Assembly: GCA_037447605.1 (NCBI GenBank) | Contig: CM074811.1 | Location: 2,232,001-2,296,000, forward strand | Direction: 5' to 3' | Length of the DNA: 64,000 nucleotides | From: Zygnema circumcarinatum SAG 698-1b | Taxonomy: Eukaryota; Plantae; Zygnematophyceae | Part shown: one piece after another, positions 49,403-61,800 of the stretch | How positions within the stretch are numbered: position 1 is the first letter of the stretch | How the letters are laid out: every line of letters begins with the position of its first letter | The notes under the pieces: model-generated | Databases searched by the model: none | Told to the model about the DNA's origin: nothing | The model's input: the letters and a program-made list of their open reading frames with translations, nothing else | Translations under genes and position numbers: made by a program

Positions 49403-52400
49403 ATGGAGCACCTTGAACCTGACTGGATGACTACTGCAGTCGATCTTGGAGTAGGTTGTCCATTCTCGGTCCAGCTTTATTTAATTGCTGATTTGACAGC
49501 TAATCGGGGTTGGTGATATGAGAGATAGAAGAAAGAGGCTACCCCCCCTCCCTCCCCCCTTTTTTTTGTTTTTAATTGAGAGTCTTGCAGAGAGATTAGG
49601 TTCAACTTGATGCTAAGCAAGTAGATCTGTGTCATTTAGTTTTTGTAAGCTGGGAATGTTGTTTCCTCAGTCAGGATACAGGCAATAGCACAACATGCTG
49701 ACTATTTAGCATCTTCGGGTTGACTTTAGTTGCAACAGTTGTAATTGTTTTTGTGCATTGCGTACATGCGCAGACGACTATTATGGCCACAACGTACAAC
49801 GGCGGAGTCATTTTGGGAGCTGATACTCGAACTACTACGGGTATTGTTTTTCCCAGTTTGATTCCCACTGTCACCATGGCTGACATGCCGCAAATACCCT
49901 ATCAGAGCTAAGACTGTGTTGAGCATGCGAGGCTTAGTCGAAGCGGTCGTGGAACGTTTGTTACGGGGCTAGATATGCTGATTTAAATGTTTTTCTAATA
50001 AGCACTTTTAGGGGTAGTGGACTCAAAGATTTTTGGGTGGTGAATTTTGCTGTTTCCTGCAGGCACGTACATATCTAACCGAGTCTCAGACAAAGTGACT
50101 CCGTTGACAGACAATGTGTACATGTGCAGATCGGGCTCGGTAAGATTATTTTGGGATTAGCGAGGCTGTATTGAATTGAGAAATGGCATGTGCCTGCTGC
50201 TCCGAACGAAACACTCCGCTTTCCGCCTTTTACAAGCTGAGAGTGCGTATGATAAGTGAAAGATTCTTGTTGCATTTGTGCAGGCTGCTGATGCACAGCT
50301 CATCTCTGATTATGTTCGATATTTCTTGGAGCAGCACGTGTAAGTGAATTGCAAAGACAAGTGTTTGTGAAATGCACTTCACTCGGGTGAAATCGTACCT
50401 GTGACAGCTTTTGCAGCAGATGAACAGTGCCATCGACTAGAAAGATCAAGGGAGTCCTTCTGTAGTTTGGACAAAAGAATGTTTCAATTTTGTTAATTGG
50501 GTTCGGTTAGGCTCTGTCGGTATCTCATAGCTTGCTCGCGGAGGATGTGCAGGGTGGAAAAAGGTGCACCTGCAGATGTAAAAACGGCAGCAAATTTGGC
50601 CACACAATTGAACTATCATAATAAGGTCTGCAAGTATGGTCCAATTTCGGATGCCAGTTTGCTGCCTTTCCATTTTGTTGTGCTTTCAGGAAGGAAAGAA
50701 ATCCGACTCTAGTGCTCGCCTTATGCGGGATTGTGAACTGTTCTGGATAGACTCTGAAAGACTAGCATCCGATTGAACCGATGTGTCTACAGGATGCAAG
50801 TGCTGCGCCGATGATTTCGATGTTACTAACTTAAATATATGCGCTTCTGTCTTGGGTAGAGGATGCTGGAAGCTGGGATGATCGTGGCTGGATGGGATAA
50901 ATATGAAGGCGGTAGTGTTTACGCTCTTCCTATTGGTGGAACTATGTTGAAGCTGCCCTTTGCTACTGGTGGTATGTATACTTCAGTCAATATTCTTTTG
51001 ATGCTGTGTCTTTGGTTTGCTGATGAGTGAAGCCGTGCGCTCAGGCATCTATTGTCCAACTGAAGGCCAAACATAGCGAGTTATGACGTTTCTTCGTGCA
51101 GCTATGGGACGGTTGCCGACGTGATGGCAAGATAAGTAATGTTTTTATCACCAGTTCTCATTCTAGTTATTGTTCATGGAATAGGATCGGGTTCAACCTA
51201 CATATATGGCTTCTGTGATCAAGCTTGGAGGGAGAACATGACTCAAGAAGAAGCCGAGGTGCGTGCATCTTTTTGTGGTGACCAGACATAAAAAAAAATC
51301 ATATTCGTTCAAGTTTCCATGGTGATTGACGCAAAACAGTAAGGACCTATTCATAGTGCTGAGTATGACTTTTAGTTTTCTGGGTTACGAAAAGTGGGCG
51401 TAAGTAGAATAAAGATATTGTCTGGATTTGGAGCTCGGTGCCAAATGAGTAAACACCTCCTTTCTTTCCCCTTCTTAAACAAAAATGTGAGAACGTGCTG
51501 TCACGTGCCAGAGTAATGATTAAAGTTTAGGGGATAGTTACTGTTGCATAATTGTTTCAGGCTTAACTTACGTTCAAAGAATTTCAATACTAAACCAATA
51601 CATGAAGCGAATGCATGTTTGGACTCCTAATTCTGGCTCAAGTTCGATATCTTCAACCCGATTGATTCATAGGTCTCATTCACCCGAGCAAGGACACTGA
51701 GACGTGAATTTTTCATCTTTCTGTTGGTCTTTTTCACTGAATGTTTTATAACTAATTCTGATGGCTACATTCTGGGACCTGGGTGGCATTCAGGCGTTTG
51801 TATTGAAAGCATGTTCCTTGGCTATGGCAAGAGATGGAGGAAGTGGAGGAAATGTTCGTATGGTCATTGTGAGTACTATAGGCTCTACTGGATAGGAGTC
51901 AATGTTCGAGCTGTTCAATGTTGTCTTTATTCGAGCTTAAAGTGTGGAGTGTTGATCTGCACCCTGTTGAACCCTATTTGCAGAAGCATCTTAGCGTCTT
52001 GGCTTTCGAATTGTGAGGTATATGGACAGATTGAAACTAAGTGAAACCGGCTGCATCATATTGACGATAGCAATGTTTTTCCTGAAAACACAATACAGCT
52101 TTGTTCAGTCTGTTAGTATTCGAATTTGTCTAGCGAAGGTGCCAGAAATGCTGTTGTTCTCGATTCCACTGTCAGGCATTCAACCCTTATATCTGTACCC
52201 GCCGTCACATGGCATCCTTCCATCATCTTGTGTGTTTGAAACTTCGCATCCAAGAGTTGGAGTAGGACTTTTGCTGTATAATTTGCCAGAAATTAGGTCA
52301 GAAAAAGGAAGACTTCTGATTTCTCGTCGGAGAAGGTTGGAAATTGCTCGCTCTGTTTTGCATTGTACTGGAAAGAACAAAATCTTTGCAGTTCTTTCAG

Positions 52401-52772
52401 CTGCGTGGCTTTTTCCCGACACTGCAAAGGTTGATAGAAATATTGTTGGAACCCGAACAGCGTTGGAAAGGTCTGTCAGAACTTTTGGGTCATTTTGCGA
52501 GTTCAATTATGTCATGTGCCATGTCTTGCTTGAAGGTGTGAATGGCTCAAATATTTTGCATAATCTCGCTATTGGTACCCCGTCCTGTTTGTATCAAGAG
52601 CCTTCCCCTTAGCGTGTGAATAATTGTTGAAAGCCGTGAAACTCCGTGGCAGGTGAATGAGAAAGGCGCAACCAGGAAGTTTTTCCCTGCTGACAAGCTG
52701 CCACTGTTTTATGAGGAGATGGTTCCACAAGCGTCTCTTCTATCGGGAGAGAACAACAGCATGTCAACATGA
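49403..52772 (+). CDS. PBA1: 20S proteasome subunit beta-1 (beta type-6)
   Basis: Exons 49403-49450, 49774-49840, 50063-50139, 50284-50339, 50553-50625, 50860-50971, 51185-51258, 51794-51868 and 52653-52772 in frame. G|TTIMA catalytic Thr, [36 protein letters not shown]. Confidence 0.95.
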
Positions 52773-53587
52773 AGCGACCTTCTCCAACAATCTGAATTGT
52801 GAGCTCTATGCTGTGGTCTGACCTAAGCAGCAGCCTGAGCTGATGGGAGACACTTCCATTCGGTGTTCCAGCCCCCCTAAGCGCTCCCTCTCCCACTCTC
52901 TCTCTCTTCACCAAAGCAATTGCAGTCGGAGCTGCCACATGCGGGACATTGTTGTCTTATGCGCTTCCAGTATTGCTCTACAGAGACATAACGGAGAAAC
53001 TGAGCAGTTGGGGCTAGAAGTGAGAGTGGGAGTTCAGGCGTTGTGCTTGCGGCTTTGTAACTTTAATCTGTGGACCCGTCCTGTATAGCAGAATTGGCTG
53101 TTCTCCTGTTGGGCTCCTCTTGGCTTCCGCGGGTGCCGGCAGATCTCATGACTCAGCTTTGCAAGTTTAGATGCACAATGGGGGCATTGCTTCTCGGGTT
53201 CTTGTACTCTTTTTCTTTCTCGTTTTTTAATGTGTCATCAAAATTAGTTGCTTTTCGAGTATTTTCAGACTTAGTCCTGTAACAGCGCTTTGGAGGATTG
53301 TGAACTAGAGCACCACAAATGGTTTCTCTTGGTGTCCCAATTTTCACCTTCGGCATGTTTGGAATGTGAAGTTTTATTGACATAAAAATGTACTGGAGAT
53401 TAAATAGAAAAGCTTGGCACAGGCCAGGGGAACACTGCTCCATCCAAGAAGGGCTTGATGGATTTACCTATCTCTAGGGCTATCATAACTGAACCTAATT
53501 AAAAACTGAAAGCCTCTTCTACGGGTTGCATCCACGCCGGCTACTTTATAAGCCAAGTCACATAATTTACATTTTTTTCGTGCCAAT

Positions 53588-56500
53588 TCACAAATCTACT
53601 TCCCCGCACACATTGTCAATGCTGGCTGGTCTGAGCTCGGACTCTAAACTGCAAAAAGTTCGCCTCCAGAGCTTCACCGCTTTGGTGCGATCATTCGCCA
53701 TCCAATCAGAAATGTCGCCCCAAGGAGTGGCTCTCAAGTCAAAGGTCAATATCTTCCACTGCGGAAAAAACTTCATGAGCCCCTCCTTGAACCACATATC
53801 CACTCCATACGAACTGGGGATCCGGTGCTCCGAGGACTGTGCAAACCAATCGTAATAATAAGCGTTCAAGTATCGGTCCAGGGAGCCATGAGGGTACTTA
53901 AGCACTGCCAGCTTCGCCACCAGGTCCTTGAAAACCTCCTTGTTGGGCTGGATGACCATCACTCGGGAGGAGAACATGTCAGGCGGGAATACACTCGGAA
54001 TGGCTGCAAAGGACTCGTACCGCAATAGGTCGTTGCAGTTGTCAGTGAAGAGAGAGAGGGGGTGCACATACACAAGCTTGTCAAAGCCTGCCTGCTGATT
54101 CCAGACGTGCAAAACTGAGAACTCGGGAGGGAGTTTCCGCTTGCCCACAACTATGGGGTCCACAATGCGAACATAATTGAATAAACGAATGAAGGGATCC
54201 CATGCCTCGCGGTTCAGTGTCGAAAGCACGAGAAGCATAGTTTTCCGCCAAGAGTTGAATGAATGGTGCTGCTGATACGAGGTCGCCCACACGGCAGCTG
54301 CCTGCGGATGGTCCTCCCAAAGCACTGTTACGAAGGCTTCACTGCTGCCTGTAGCACGTGGTGGGATGAGCTGCACATGTGGCACGTTTGAGTTGGCTAT
54401 TGCGCCGAGTGGAACAGGACCCATTGTTGCTTCTGGATAGGTTTCATATGCCTTTGCATTCGGAAGCATCTTGACAATGGAGACATTTCCTTCGTCAAGT
54501 GGTCTCCATGAGTTGGCTGCCAACGCCTGTGACAACTTCAGCCATATATCACACCAGATGAGTTCACTGCTGTTGGAGGTGAGTCTCCAGGGCTTGTGCC
54601 ACGGACCTGCAAAGTGTACAACTGCCAGAGGACCATAGGCCTCATATATTTTGTTCATGTCATACCATTCCGGGGGGTGGTAATGAGGAGGAAAAAGGAA
54701 TACCGCATTATAGCGGGCTGGAAGACGGTGAGCAGGCGGCATCTCAAACCAGCCGCTGTAGTAGGAATTCAAGAAGCCCTGGTCTCCTTTATTGTACGAT
54801 GGGAGTAGGTCCAGCTTGGAAAGCATGTCTGCATGGGTAGCCTGCACACGTACAGCTAGTGAAGCTAAGAGCCATGCAGCACCGGATGGAAAGAATGGAG
54901 CAGGTATATGAGAACGAGATAGGAAACCTCCCCCTTGTGAAATGTTTGTAAAGTATCGGAGAAACAACGTCACAAGTGGGCCACACAGGAAGTGTGAATT
55001 GAAGCAAAGGATTTCCATGCAAAGATGAGTTTCATGGGATGCAAGTTACAAGGGCACTATCAGGATCAGCACTTGGTAGAAGGGTGTGGCCAACCGAGGC
55101 TCCCTCTATAAGCTGAATGCGCATATTGAGAGTGACTCAGATTTTGCAAGGGAAACATAAAGCTCCATCGCTCTCCAAAACCCCTGAGCTCTGTGAGGAA
55201 GTAAGTACCTTGGACGGTTTAAGGACAAGCAGACCGCTGTTAAACTTCCCGGACATGTAAACGTCTGGTACTGCTGATGGCTCCGGGTGAGCAAATAAAT
55301 GATCGAGGTTCGCCAGAATCATTGTATCAACATCAATGTAGACCACTTTCGCATAATCCAAGAGTAGCCATGCATTGAGCTTGTTGAAACCCTTCACTCT
55401 GTACTTATTCTTTACACTCTTCACCTTCAGAACCTTGTCGAAGTGCGCCAGTAGAATGGGGTCCTTCAGATTCAAATTACTCGTGTCATCAATCATGAGG
55501 ACGAAGTCATGCACAGTGCCCGTATTTCTTAGGGACTGCGACAAAACCAACGCAGCCGGAATGTAATCCGCTGAGCCGATGAGAGTTGTGTATGCGAACC
55601 GGCTTTCCGTGACCACGATGTTTTGCCCCACTGCTCGACGTGCCAGCAGTTTTGAACCAGCTCTCTTGTCACAATGAACAATGACTCCAAATTTATCGCA
55701 GAAAACCTGCTCAGAGACGTCGGTTGTCGCTTTGCTGCGACTGTACCGCAGCTCCATGCCTCCCCACAGCTTAACAAAAGAAGCAATGCAAGCACCTCGA
55801 TCTTTTCGATGTCCTGCTCGAGCACTCAGACCAATGGCGCTTAGCTCGTCGTCCGAATTACGAGTATCGCCCCAGTCTCTGGGCGACCCCTCCACCAACT
55901 GAGGCCCAACTCCCGTCTCTGACGACACAAGAAAGTTCATTGCTATGTCTTCACAATTCATCCCCTTGTCAACAAATTCCTTCACTCCAGGCGGCGCACG
56001 GCAAGTGTAGTGAAAGAGATAATTGGTATGCAAAAGCATGAGCTTGGTCAGCATGATGGAGTACCGCTCAGGCAGCTTTGTGTACATCCATGACTTTGTA
56101 TCAAGATTGTAAATATGAGCCCTCGGGAAAAACCCAACGATCCGGTGCTGATTCTCTTGCCAAACCTTGAGTGCAAAATACAATGATTTCTCGTCCGCTG
56201 TAATGTCGTCGTCGCATATTGCAACAACTTTTGTGCGGATAAAGCTTCTTGGAAGGAAGCGGTCATTCAAACTATTGGTTTTCTGTCTCACTACTTGGAC
56301 GGGAGCTCCTGCACTCGCCCACTGTTCTCCATTACCTACAAGCTCCTCAGGAGTACTGACATTTCCCCATAACACGTAGATGGCATCTACAACCAAACTC
56401 TGAGAATATGTAAACATGTTACGCTTCAGAAGCGCGATCCTCGCTTCTGAATAGCCATTAACTAAAATAGTAATGCGATCTTCCAGGAGCATATCTGTAG

Positions 56501-56726
56501 CAGGATACATCCTGCGGTCGCAGATGCTTGCATCTCCCAAGTGCTCCGCTGCATATGTGTCTGCTACTTCTGCCAGTGTAGCAGCCGGCGCAGAGACCAA
56601 AAGGCCTCTTAGTAAAAAAAGGAACAGTAATCCGAGAGCCACAAAACCACATTGCAGAGGATATCGCAAAACCCTAACTCCCGCGGTGTGCAGAGCGTGG
56701 GATGACCTGCTGGACATGAGACCCAT
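53588..56726 (-). CDS. Type II membrane glycosyltransferase fusion: GT64 + GT8 + degenerate GT8 (~923 aa)
   Basis: Two exons, 56726-55209 and 54841-53588 (phase 0). Signal anchor FVALGLLFLFLLRGLLV; GT64 motifs NSLNDRF, CDDD, RIVGFFPR, YSIMLTK, NCEDIAMNF; GT8 motifs AYTTL, VYIDVDT, FNSG, DQGFLN, HFAGPWHKPW; then a second GT8-like copy. Confidence 0.9.
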
Positions 56727-57026
56727 GGCTGAATGGGAGAGAATGATCAATAGCTATGGCGATATAAATGCAGACATGTTTTCTCTTTTGGCGAGACTGA
56801 AACGAATAGAGGGAGGCTGCGCCCTCCTGCCAGAGGGCGCGCATCTCATGGGGCGGACCCTCGCCCAGAGGCCGCCATGGCTGTGCCTGCCTCCGACTTC
56901 GAATGGCCTCCTATGACGACAGGAATGGGAGTCGGCGGGGGAACACTGTACGGACAGACGATACATGAAGCCGCTGTTCCGTTGCCTGTTGTTGTTGAAC
57001 GGAACTGGCAAAGGACGGGCTTCGAT

Positions 57027-57066
57027 TCCCTCTCTCTCTCTCTCTCTCTCGCCTCTCTCTCTCGCT
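57027..57066. repeat. (CT)n microsatellite upstream of the glycosyltransferase gene
   Basis: Read directly. Confidence 0.85.
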
Positions 57067-58860
57067 CCTCTTATTTATTTCGAGCCACAAACACTTGCAC
57101 TTAACATATGGTTAGCATGGCTTCCAGACGAGCTGCAACTTCGACTTTACAAGGGTAGTGCTCTCATTGTAGAGTACTTCTGGAGTCTCAACATTGAGCT
57201 TCTAATAGACAATTTTCAACATTCTTTACTATTTGACTTTCGACTCGGAAATCAAATGCAAGTGTAGCTACTGTTTGAATATTAAACGGTCACGTTGCCA
57301 ATGCTCTAACCATGTTTTAAGCTGAGAGTGTGGAAGTACTGCGTCAGACTCTTGACAAATTCAAGAGAGCTATTCCAGTCCACTCAAAACCAGGGAGGCA
57401 GTAGCGGTGCTATAAAATTGGACATGGTGCCATGCCCATGCATGGTCCACAACTCCAAGGCGCCCTATGTACCAGCCCTCGTCACATCATGTAAATAGGA
57501 GTGCGGTTGTTCCTAAAGAGGCGGAACCCCCCACTGCCCACCAAGTGAGTGCTCCAATATTAAGCATTGAACTCTTGCGAATTCTGCGGATAAGCCTCTA
57601 GCTCAAGCAAGCGACGAACCCCTGCAACGAGGCACATTGCCACTGTTGGCCACAACTCAAGGACCTGCCCCAGCAAAGGGGGTCTGAAGGGGGTGCATTG
57701 CAGAAACTGACAGTTTTCACTAGCGACTGCTGGAAGCTCAGCTTGGCATTGGCCTTTGAGATTGAGACAAGGGAGCAAAGGGCTTCTCCATGATCTGTTC
57801 AAGGAGCCATTGTTATCGTCACATGTTTCATGTAATCTAGATTCCAATAACTAGAGGAAACAAAAGCAAGCTAAGAAATATCCGTCTTCACTCTCGTAGT
57901 TGACCTTTCACGAGCTGTAAGCTTGTATTAATGGTCCTATTGGGGGGGTTCCAGAGTTAGAAATGTTTGACACTTTTGGAATGCGAATCAGTACACGCTT
58001 CCAACAATGAAATAAGTAATACAACGAAATAAGGAGCACTCGATGGAAACATGGAAATAAATTCCATGTTCAGCTTTTCAAGCCTGAAACCCCCTACTTC
58101 AGTAGTGCATGCAAGAACTGACTGTGGTTGAGGCTTTGTTTCTAACCCATCCATGCAAATACCAGGTTTGCAACACTGTCAGATCAAACGATTCAATCGC
58201 AGCACCCCGCCTACTTCAAGAATTCATACTTAGGAAAAAGACAGGGCCAAAGGTTGTGGCCGTACATCGCTCCCCCCCCACCCCCCCCAACCCGTAGCCG
58301 CTAAGCTGTGCATTTTTAAGGCATTTGAGGTTCTAGGTCATCTAATCGCCGCATATTGAGCAGAGGGTCTCCACAACCCGACCAATGACAAATTCTGTAT
58401 TCTGTAAAACTGAAAGTTGCTGTCAAACAAATCACAATACAAATGTGTCTATATCGTCCACCTGTGCAAAACCAAAAAACAGACGCATCCGCCCCTAAAC
58501 ACCCGCCTCCCCTGCTGCTCAGAACAAACTGCCATGTCAGCGCTGCAAACATTGGACGCACAGGCCGGAGAGGGAGAAAGTGAAGCAGGCTGCAATGGCT
58601 GCCGCCGCTTGGCTTCACTTCGCTGCAATCCCCTGTGCTCTGCAGGCCTGCCTGGCAGAGAGAAGAGAGAGCGAGTGATTGAATGCGAGAGAGAGAGAGA
58701 AAATATAAGGAATGGATAGAGAGAGGTGAATAGGTGGCCCTTCAGACAGGGCCCCCGTAGCAGCTGTTCAGCCCAGAAAGGCAGCTCAGAAAGGCGCTGT
58801 TGCAGCTTGGACTGCTGCCAGAAACGAGACGGATGTTGGGCTTCAAACAATGCCGGGCTC

Positions 58861-61800
58861 TTAGGAAACAGCGATGGAGGGAGAGGGAGCGGAGGGCGAG
58901 GGCCCAAGCGGCGGACAAGAATTGGGTTGGCTGGTTGGATTGGAGGGCGGCTGACTGCTGCCTGGACGGGGAATTGGGACCGCCATGGCTGCGCTTGAAG
59001 GCTTCAGACCTTTATTCATTGCTGCGATTGGAAACCCAGATGGGTCTTTTGGGCTGCTACTGAAGCTTCTGCGAGCAGTCGACTCTTTTCCACGGTGGTC
59101 CTTTAGCCGCCGGAAGTCGTCAAGGGAGCGGAACTCAGTGGAGAGGAGGCGAGCCAGTTCGGGATTCTGCGGTAAAGGCACTGCGTCCTTGTCCTTGCGA
59201 TAAAAATGGTACGCCCTACAGCACACAGAGGAGGGAAATGGGCAGAGTCAGTGTTTGCATGAGGAGGAGTAGGGGTAGGGGTTCAAATAGGGGTTTAATT
59301 TCACAAATTGAAAAAATTCTCTTCGAATTGAGTGCATGCGAGACCCATTGACATAGACGACCTGAAAGCTTCATGAGGGCTGATAGAATGGTTCAGACAG
59401 GCTGAGGAGATGCCCTATTGCAGAGTCGCTTACAAACACTGCAGAGTCTCTTACCAGTATTTCTCCAAGCCATAGAGGTTGCCATCTTTATAACTCTCTA
59501 GCGTCAGCTTCTCAAAATCATCATACATCTTCTGGTCGAACTTTGCTTCAAGGCCGTAGCTGCGCACCCCAAATACGAGCCCACAAAACCCTAAACTTCA
59601 ATTCAGTCATAGAGAAGCGATGCGTAGGGGAAAAAAAGCAGGGCCCACTGTCTGTTTAGCACATGAAATGAACAATAAGTCTGGATAGGAGGGCATCCAG
59701 TTGTCCTTGGCTTCACTTTGTTGAATACTGCTTTGGAGGGTCTACGCAAACAAAGGAGGCCACCGGTTACTTGTCCGAACTTCCGTGCATTAGGTTTATC
59801 GGGATTCAAAAGGCTACCAAGCGCACCTATAAAAGCGGAAGAGGCATTCGAGCCCGTAGTAGTATTTGGCTGCTGCATCTTCAAGTGCAAGCTTCTTGAA
59901 GTCTTCATACATTGCCTGGTTAAAATTTGTCCGAAGGAAGTAGCACCAAAAGCGGAAAAGAGTATTCATTTCCTGCTTTCCCCCCATCCACCAATCGAGG
60001 TCAGACAAACCTCAATCAGAATGTTGGCTGCAGAGAAAATCCAACCACACAAGTCCGATGGTGAAAAACAACGGTTCATTCAAAAAGCCCACAAGTGCAG
60101 GAAGTGGACTTTTTGAATGAACCATTTTCAAAGGAAGTGGCCAGCCTCTAATTGCAATACGTAATATCAAATTCCAAACAACGGAAATCAGAATCCCATT
60201 CAGGTAATGTTGCAGATCTCACCTCACTCGAACCAACGCCGAGCTTCTTGCGCTCCTTTATGCACCTCTTGTAAAAGTGACGATACCTGCACAGCCAAAG
60301 ACGTACATATTGCTTCACGCACCTCAGATTTTTGTTCCTCTCAAGGCACATACAACGGATCTCAGCATAAATAGGGGGAGTCAGACAAAAAGCGTTTCCA
60401 ACTACGGGAAACAAAAGTTATTGAAACAAGTACATTCATGAAAAAAAGTTCCACTTATGAAACAGCACGGATTTTATCCATTTCCGTATGATGGAATGGT
60501 CATTTCCTGTACGTTTCTTTTATACCTGCGCGTCCCTAGTACAGTTAAATGAATGGCGTTTACAGACTCAAACTTGATGGAAAAAAATCCTCAAAGTAAA
60601 ATGGACAAGCAAACCGGAAAGTTCACGAAAAGCGAAAGATCACCACAAGACAAACCAGTGGAGCCGCGGCTTTGGTTAAAAGAAGCTTCGAACTACTCTT
60701 ACCCTCAATATCTACACAGACTATGTGTCAGTTTTCCCCTTCCCAGTGACTTCACGGCAATCGCCAAACAGCGAATAGTTTGCAACTACAAACAAGGACA
60801 ATCTTCCTCCCAAGTACTAAGAGCTGGTTGCTTACTTCTGCTGCCGGAAGCCATTGTCCTCGAGCAGTGCATGGCTGGGGTGCTGCTGCTGACTTCCTTG
60901 TCCACTCACTACTCCGTGAGCTCCATGAGAGTGAGTGTGGGTGCCCGGCTTTGGTATAGAACCCACAGGAGGGCTGCTGCCAGTAACAAAACCCATAACC
61001 GGGGAAGTCCCACTAGGAGATGCAGCTCCCAAACGTCCCGAAGGACCTCCCCACGAGGATGACAAGGAGGTTGCAGCAGATCCACTGCACATTGGGAAAG
61101 GAACAAGAATGACATCAACTCTTGCTTTTCATGGTTGAAACTGCACAGTGTTTGATAAAGAATAGGAAGGCAAAGGCCCTGCTGGGTTCTCAGACTGTTG
61201 TTCATCTGTCACTAATTAAGCTTCCCGGATTTTGAGACAGTCAGAGGTCATTACACAGACAACCATCACTCAGTCTAAGTTCTTTGGCATCAGAAATGAA
61301 GGATATATCAAAAACAGCGTTTCCATAGCTACCTTGTACTGCCAACAAAACTCAAAAAAGAATAGGATTTCGATTTCAGCACTATTTAAAATAGCGAGAT
61401 ACACCGGAGACATGTACATCACTCTACAAATACCCACCTTAAAGACTCCGGCGGGGTGGCTCCAAAAAAGAATCCAACTGAGTGCACTGGAGGACTCTTC
61501 GACGAACGATAGCTCCCATCACCGATGTCCCTTACACTAGTAGGGAAGAGTCGCTGCTGACTTTTGCTCCCTCTGCCTCCTCTTAACATGCGCAAGCCTC
61601 GAGACTGCCGCAAAGGCCCCTGCCCTTCACTCCCACTGCCCGCACTGCCTGCGCTACTTCCAAAACTACCCACATGGTGTCTCCCAATGGACCCCCCCCC
61701 CTCCCCATCTGTGCTTGATCCGGGATCAAGGGGAGGTCGTCTATCCTGACGAACTCCGCCAGTTATGCGTCTGCCTCGGCGAAGGTCCTGCAGAACGTTT

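Noticed and set aside
52013-52612. 199-aa plus-strand ORF within the PBA1 locus
   Set aside because: Lies in the last PBA1 intron; the true terminal exon is 52653-52772.
57942-58094. Degenerate TIR-like pair (GGGGGGGTTCCAGAGTT ... AAGCCTGAAACCCCC) resembling MITE 1 ends
   Set aside because: Only about 12/15 identity, no left TA, and an AT-rich interior unlike the two MITEs.
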